From an uncultured delta proteobacterium (GTDB lineage: Bacteria; Myxococcota_A; UBA9160; UBA4427), in contig CAWGJT010000005.1 of NCBI GenBank assembly GCA_963822965.1, forward strand, positions 1,312,001 to 1,376,000: 64,000 nucleotides of DNA, given 5' to 3'. Positions 58,571-64,000 of the stretch are shown in pieces (the first letter of the stretch is position 1; every line of letters begins with the position of its first letter). The notes beneath the pieces were generated by a model, which ran no database searches, was not told where the DNA came from, and worked only from the letters and a program-made list of their open reading frames with translations. The translations under genes and the position numbers were made by a program.

Positions 58571-58790
58571 CCGATTTCCCGGAAGAAGCCCTCGACCTGT
58601 GCCTCGTCCGTGAGATCGAGCTGCCGAGCCTCTACCCCGTCGCCAAGCTTGCACGCGGCGGCATCCATCCGGGATTGATTGCTCGACGCGATGACGACTT
58701 CGGCGCCCGCGTCGCGTGCACCTTGCGCCACCGCGAAGCCGATCCCCGAACCACCGCCGACCACCAGCACATCGTCATGATCGAGATCTC
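58571..58790 (-). pseudogene. Short-chain dehydrogenase N-terminal fragment, in frame with the sulfatase
   Basis: [15 protein letters not shown]...GAEVVIAS...LDLTDE. Confidence 0.75.
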
Positions 58791-58892
58791 TCCATCGCGC
58801 GGCTCCGCTACTCCACCGCCGGACCACGACACACTGCACCAAGACACCCGTTCGAGCGCAGTCTACACCAGCGGCACCTCGTTCTCGCCGGG

Positions 58893-60002
58893 TCAACTCA
58901 GCCGATTGCGGAACAACCAGCCTGCGAGGGACAGACTCGCAAGCGCGATCAGCGCGAGGGGCCACAGCTGTTGCACGACGAGCTCGGCCGACATGCCCTG
59001 CAGGAAGATCCCCCGCACGATGACGAGGAAGTAGCGCATCGGATCGACGAAGGTGATGAGCTGAATGGCCTTTGACATGTTCGCGATCGGGGTCGCGAAG
59101 CCCGACAAGATGATCGCGGGAACGAGGAAGAGAAAGGCGCCGAGGATCGCCTGCTGCTGAGTGCGGACCAGAGACGAGATCATGAGCCCGACGCCGATCA
59201 CGGCCAGCAGGAACAAGATCATCCCGACGTATAGAAGAACGAGGCTTCCTAGCAGGGGAACCCTGAACCAGAACACCGCCATCGCGACGATCACCGTGCC
59301 TTCGACGACCCCGATCAACAAGGGAGCGAGTGACTTGCCAAGCAGGATCTGGCTCGGCCGAAGCGGCGTCACGAGGAGCTGGTCGAAGGTGCCGAGTTCG
59401 CGCTCCCGCGCCACGGAGAGAGCCGTGACCACGAGCGTCACGACGAGGGTGAGAAGAGCCACGATTCCCGGCACGATGAACCAGCGGCTGTGGAGGTTCG
59501 GATTGAACCAGGAGCGCGCGACCAGCGTGGCGGGGGGCAGTCGCGCACCGTGGCGTTGCAGCCAGTCGATGTTGAACTCGCGAACGATCGTGTTGGCATA
59601 GCCGCTCAGGATCAGCGCCGTATTCGAATTGCGGCCGTCCACGATGACCTGGACCCGGGCGGGCTGGGCGATGCGCAGATCCCGTGAAAAGCTCTGGCCA
59701 ATGTGGACGACGAGCGCGGCGTCGCGCGCGTCGATCACCCGAGCGATGTCGGATTCTCGTTCCAGATGCGCCGCCGTGCTGAAGACCGGCGAACCCTCGA
59801 AGCGTGCGATCAGATCGCGGGCATCTCCGCCCGCGTCCTCGACGTAGAACGCGACTGGAACGTTCTGCAAGTCATAGGTTGCGGCATAGCCGAAAACGAG
59901 GAGTTGGATGATCGGAGGACCAATCAGAACGACGCGACTTCGCGGATCCTTCCAGACGGCCAGGAGCTCCTTGACGACGAGGGCTCGGATGCGTTGCCAC
60001 AT
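58893..60002 (-). CDS. ABC-2 transporter permease (YbhR-like)
   Basis: [42 protein letters not shown]. Confidence 0.9.
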   Translation of the reverse strand: MWQRIRALVVKELLAVWKDPRSRVVLIGPPIIQLLVFGYAATYDLQNVPVAFYVEDAGGDARDLIARFEGSPVFSTAAHLERESDIARVIDARDAALVVHIGQSFSRDLRIAQPARVQVIVDGRNSNTALILSGYANTIVREFNIDWLQRHGARLPPATLVARSWFNPNLHSRWFIVPGIVALLTLVVTLVVTALSVARERELGTFDQLLVTPLRPSQILLGKSLAPLLIGVVEGTVIVAMAVFWFRVPLLGSLVLLYVGMILFLLAVIGVGLMISSLVRTQQQAILGAFLFLVPAIILSGFATPIANMSKAIQLITFVDPMRYFLVIVRGIFLQGMSAELVVQQLWPLALIALASLSLAGWLFRNRLS

Positions 60003-60008
60003 GTTCGT

Positions 60009-61158
60009 CTACTCCAACCGTTTGAGCGTCTCGCGCTTCGTGAGACCGAGAAAGACGGCCGCCATGACGGCGAGCGCAAACGCATTCGGCAGGATGACGC
60101 TCCAGACATTCCCGGCGAGGAAGCTCGTCTGGAGGATCGCAACGAAATAGCGAGCTGCGATCAGATGGGTGATCCACTGCACGACGGTCGGCATGCTCTG
60201 GATGTCGAAGATGAACCCCGAGAGGATGAAGGCGGGCAGGAAGGTCACGATGATCGCGATCTGTCCGGCGATGAACTGGTTCTTCGCGACCGTCGAGATC
60301 AACAGACCCATGCCGAGGGCCGCAAGCAGGAAGAGAGCCGATGTGAGGCCGAGTACCCAGAACGAGCCCCGAAACGGAACGCCAAAGAGGCCGATGGCCA
60401 TGATCACGGACAAGGTCATCCCACCCATGCCCAGCAGGAAATAGGGGATCAACTTCCCGAGCAGCAGCTCTGTCGTCGAGACGGGCGTGACGAGCAGGGC
60501 TTCCATCGTCCCGCGCTCCCATTCACGAGCGACGACCAGGGCCGTCAGCAGCGCGCCGATCAAGGTCATGATGATCGCGATCAAGCCGGGCACGAGGAAG
60601 TCGCGGCTCCGAACGGCTGCGTTGAACCAGACCCGCGGCTCGACGCGAACGGGGGCGGTCGAGAGGCCGCCCTTCGTCGCGTGCCTGCTGTTCGAGCCAC
60701 GCGGCCCAGGTGCCGTCTACATAACCGCTGATGAGTCGCGCCGTGTTGGCGTCCGTACCGTTGACGAGGAGCTGGATCGGTGCGCCGGTCGGATCGTAGA
60801 GACGACGCGAGAAATCGCTGCGGAGGACGACCACGGCGGACACCTCGCCGTTGACGAGCGCCGCCTCGGCGTTCTTGCGCTGGAGAACCTGATGCGGATC
60901 GAAGTACGGCGACTGCGAGAAGGACGCTGCGAAGCTGACGGCGGCAGGCGTCGGATTCTCGATGACCAACGCGACCGGGACGCCGCGCGCATCGAGTGAG
61001 ATTCCGTAGCCGAAGATCAGCAGCAGGACGAGCGGGAGCACGAAGGCAATCGCGATGCTGCTCGGGTCGCGCAGGATCTGTAATCCTTCCTTACGCAGGA
61101 GTCCACGCAAGCGCATGCGGCGCTTCGCGGAGCTCGAGACGGATGTGGACGTATTCAT
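60009..61158 (-). CDS. ABC-2 transporter permease (YbhS-like), frameshifted near 60660-60690
   Basis: KEGLQILRDPSS, GYGISLD, AREWERGTMEALL, LSGFIFDIQSMP. Confidence 0.88.
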
Positions 61159-63005
61159 TCGGGATGCTCTTCTCGATAGTCCGTGATCAGGTCCACGAAG
61201 GTGTCGTCGAGCGAGGGCTCGGGAAGCTCCGCGCTGCGCGCCTCGTCCTTCAATTCGTCGGGCGTACCGATCGCGATGAGGCGTCCCCGGTAGATGATGC
61301 CGGCGCGATCGCAATACTCCGCCTCGTCGAGAAAATGGGTCGTGACGAGGATCGTGACACCGGATTCGGCGAGCGCGTTGATGCGATCCCAGAACTCTCG
61401 TCGTGCCAACGGATCCACGCCCGAGGTGGGTTCGTCGAGAAAGAGGATCTCCGGCTCGTGAAGGAGCGCCGCACCGAGCGCCAGCCGCTGCTTGAAGCCG
61501 AGCGGGAGATCATCGCTCGCGCGATTGGCCAGCGCTCCGAGGTCGAAGTTCTCGAGTGCCCAGGCGACGCGCGCGTCGCGCTGGCGCCCGACCAGACCGT
61601 AGGCGCTGCCGAAGAAGCGCAGATTCTGTTCTACGCTGAGGACGCCATAGAGCGCGAATTTCTGAGACATGTAGCCGATGCGCGCTCGCGCCCGAGGCGC
61701 GGATCGGCGCAGGTCGATACCCAGCACATGAGCCTGCCCGGCGGAGGGTGGAAGCAGCCCGCAGAGCATGCGAAAGGTCGTGGATTTGCCCGCGCCATTG
61801 GGCCCGAGCAAGCCGAAGATCTCGCCGCGTGAAACCGAGAAGCTCATCTGATCGACCGCGCGGAAGCTGCCGAAGTCCCGAGTCAGGTCGTGGATCTCGA
61901 TCACCGGCGGTGCACCTGGGTCGGTTTCCGTCCGGTCTGGAGTCGTTGGCTTCACCGGCGCCAGCGCGCTTGGCGGCGACGACGGCGGCGGAAGCGCCGA
62001 TTCCTCCTCGCGGGCATCATCACGAGGCTCACGGGTCAGCCGCGCATGAAGGAGCGAGACGAAGGCGTCCTCGAATCGGGGTGAGACGGAATGGAACGCC
62101 GTCGGGGCGCCCGCGGCATCGATGAGCAGCGTCCCGGGCTCGGGCGCCGGCTGTCCTTCCGCCATCAAGATGCGTACGGTTCGGCCCTGGACGACGGCAT
62201 CGAGGACTCCGGGTCGAGCCTTGGCGCGACGTGCGACGCGTCGCCGCTCGTTCGGGGGGACGGACAACGCGAAGGTGCGCCCGCGCAGGGGCTCGATGAG
62301 ATCGGCCGGCCGTCCGTCGGCAAGTCGCTGCCCTTCATAGAGGACGATGACGTGGTCACAGCGTTCGGCCTCGTCCTGATAGGCGGTGCTCCATACGACG
62401 GTCATACCGTCGCCCGAGAGCTGTCGCACGATCTGCCAGAGCTCTCGGCGGGAGATCGGATCGACGCCGACGCTTGGCTCGTCGAGCAGCAGGAGCTCAG
62501 GCGGATGGACGAGCGTGCACGCCAGGCCGAGCTTCTGCTTCATGCCGCCCGAGAGCTTGCCTGCCAGTCGTGCGCCGAAGGGACCGAGGCCGGTGAACTC
62601 CATCAACTCTGCATAACGCTTCGAGCGCTCGACGCTCGGCAGCCCATAGAGATCCGCGAAGAGCTCCAGATTCTCGGCGACGCTCAGATCCTCGTAGAGC
62701 CCAAAGCGCTGAGGCATGTATCCGACGCGCCCGCGTATGCTTTCGGACTCGTGTGGAGCATCGATACCGAGCACCTGAAGTCGTCCAGCATCGGGCAGGA
62801 GCAGTCCGGCGATCAGGCGAAGCAGCGTCGTCTTTCCGGCTCCATCCGGACCGACCACACCCGTGATGGCGCCGCTGTGAATCTGCAGGTCGAGCCCGCG
62901 CAGCGCAGCGACGTGCTGATCTCCAACGCCAAACTGCTTGCGGATGGCGGTGGCCTCGACCGCCAGGTCGTCGGTCCGATCGACGGCCGCAGTGGCGCCG
63001 CTCAT
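61155..63005 (-). CDS. ABC transporter ATP-binding protein with two NBDs (YbhF-like)
   Basis: GPDGAGKTT, LSGGMKQKL, LLDEP; GPNGAGKST, LPLGFKQRL, FLDEPTSG. Confidence 0.92.
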   Translation of the reverse strand: MSGATAAVDRTDDLAVEATAIRKQFGVGDQHVAALRGLDLQIHSGAITGVVGPDGAGKTTLLRLIAGLLLPDAGRLQVLGIDAPHESESIRGRVGYMPQRFGLYEDLSVAENLELFADLYGLPSVERSKRYAELMEFTGLGPFGARLAGKLSGGMKQKLGLACTLVHPPELLLLDEPSVGVDPISRRELWQIVRQLSGDGMTVVWSTAYQDEAERCDHVIVLYEGQRLADGRPADLIEPLRGRTFALSVPPNERRRVARRAKARPGVLDAVVQGRTVRILMAEGQPAPEPGTLLIDAAGAPTAFHSVSPRFEDAFVSLLHARLTREPRDDAREEESALPPPSSPPSALAPVKPTTPDRTETDPGAPPVIEIHDLTRDFGSFRAVDQMSFSVSRGEIFGLLGPNGAGKSTTFRMLCGLLPPSAGQAHVLGIDLRRSAPRARARIGYMSQKFALYGVLSVEQNLRFFGSAYGLVGRQRDARVAWALENFDLGALANRASDDLPLGFKQRLALGAALLHEPEILFLDEPTSGVDPLARREFWDRINALAESGVTILVTTHFLDEAEYCDRAGIIYRGRLIAIGTPDELKDEARSAELPEPSLDDTFVDLITDYREEHPE

Positions 63006-64000
63006 TTCGGCGACTGCGACTCGGAGCCCGCCGCCGGGGGTGCTGCATTCGGTGGACCGGAACCTTCGGCGGGCGCGTCTGCGGCGCGTGTGACTCCATC
63101 CTCGGCCTCCGTCGAAATGGCGGCCGGAGACGCAGGCGGCGACTGACCGAGCGGCAGGTGGACCGTCACGGGCATGCCCTGGCGAAGCGTCTGATCCGGG
63201 TTGCGCACGTAGATCCGCGTTCGGTAGACGAGGCTCGTTCGCAGCTCCGGGGTCTCGACCGGCTTCGGTGTGAATTCGGCGGTCGGGGAGATGAAGCCCA
63301 CCCAGCCCGCGTATGTCCGGTCGGGGAAGGAATCCGTCTTGATCTCGGCCTTCATGCCGGGGAATACACGGCCGAGATCGCGTTCCGAGAAGTACGCACG
63401 CACCCAGACCGGATCGCGGAGGGCGAGGGTGTAGGCAGGCGTGTTCGGGAGCACGACGGCGCCCGGCTCGAGGATGCGCGTCAGGACCGTGCCGGCTGCG
63501 GGCGCGAAGAGCTTCGCATCCGCCAGCCGATGCTGAGCGAGCTCGAGCGCGTTCTGATCGGCGAGGAGTTGAGCACGAGCCGCCTCGATGTCCTCGCTGC
63601 GCGGGCCCTCGACGGCGAGCCGAAGATCTTCTTGCGTGGCGTGTAGACGGGCCTGGGCCGAGAGGTGGGCGGCTTTCGCGTCGTCGATCTGCTGCGGCGA
63701 GGCGGCATCGGCCCGCAGCAGCTCCTCGAGTCTTTCGTGCGTCGACGCGGGCATCGGCGAGATCCGCGTTCGCCCCGGCAAGGTCTGCCCGGGCGCGTTT
63801 GATCTCCTCGGGTCGACTTCCGTGCTCGAAGCGCGCAACCACGGCACGCTGTGCCGCAACCCGCGCCCGAGCTTCGAGCATCGCGTGCTCGAGGCGGGAC
63901 CCGTCGAGCTCGGCCAGCAGCTGCCGCTCCTCGACCACATCGCCTTCTTCGACGTACATCGCGACGACGCGGTCGCTCTCGTTGAAGGCGACGTCGACTT
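63002..64000 (-). CDS. HlyD-family secretion protein (YbhG-like), 5' partial, frameshift near 63745
   Basis: GSRPEEI, GPRSEDI, GFISPTAEFTPK.VETPELRTSLVYR, LRQGMPVT. Confidence 0.88.
   Translation of the reverse strand, partial: KSTSPSTRATASSRCTSKKAMWSRSGSCWPSSTGPASSTRCSKLGRGLRHSVPWLRASSTEVDPRRSNAPGQTLPGRTRISPMPASTHERLEELLRADAASPQQIDDAKAAHLSAQARLHATQEDLRLAVEGPRSEDIEAARAQLLADQNALELAQHRLADAKLFAPAAGTVLTRILEPGAVVLPNTPAYTLALRDPVWVRAYFSERDLGRVFPGMKAEIKTDSFPDRTYAGWVGFISPTAEFTPKPVETPELRTSLVYRTRIYVRNPDQTLRQGMPVTVHLPLGQSPPASPAAISTEAEDGVTRAADAPAEGSGPPNAAPPAAGSESQSPK

Noticed and set aside
61155..63959. 934-aa HlyD-ABC ATPase fusion ORF
   Set aside because: A single frameshift near 63745 explains it; the standard YbhG/YbhF layout with an ATGA overlap at 63002-63005 is present.
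1..64000. tRNA, rRNA, prophage, or integrase/recombinase genes
   Set aside because: None recognised by eye; a covariance-model scan would be needed to exclude small RNAs.

Overview
High-GC bacterial accessory region. The six PEP-CTERM sorting signals, multiheme cytochromes and gene mix suggest a diderm, possibly Myxococcota-like host (inference). Intact modules: outer-membrane barrel / octaheme / NapC cytochrome cluster, five PEP-CTERM surface proteins, a large dockerin-DUF4082-PHP-like protein, a winged-helix AAA regulator, a di-heme oxidoreductase, a flippase-sulfotransferase-kinase-methyltransferase block, an RHS-lipase fragment plus ankyrin gene, two DUF1254/DUF1214 genes, a VapBC pair, RND and YbhGFSR-type ABC efflux operons, and an amino-acid permease. 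At least 14 gene fragments and two IS remnants lie between them. The most striking unexplained structure is a dispersed 60-100 bp repeat family (about 9 full or partial copies) with a 28-bp core resembling an XerC/XerD dif site (11-6-11, right arm TTATGTCAAWC). The copies sit at junctions between unrelated genes, and direct-orientation pairs bracket small gene modules. Also notable: an octaheme cytochrome that looks like an MtrA/NapC chimera, a PHP domain with its metal ligands replaced, and a 251-bp promoter plus signal-peptide block shared by two unrelated secreted proteins. No tRNA, rRNA, CRISPR array, integron integrase or recombinase gene was recognised. Family assignments come from visual motif recognition, not database searches. 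Several frameshifts may be sequencing errors.
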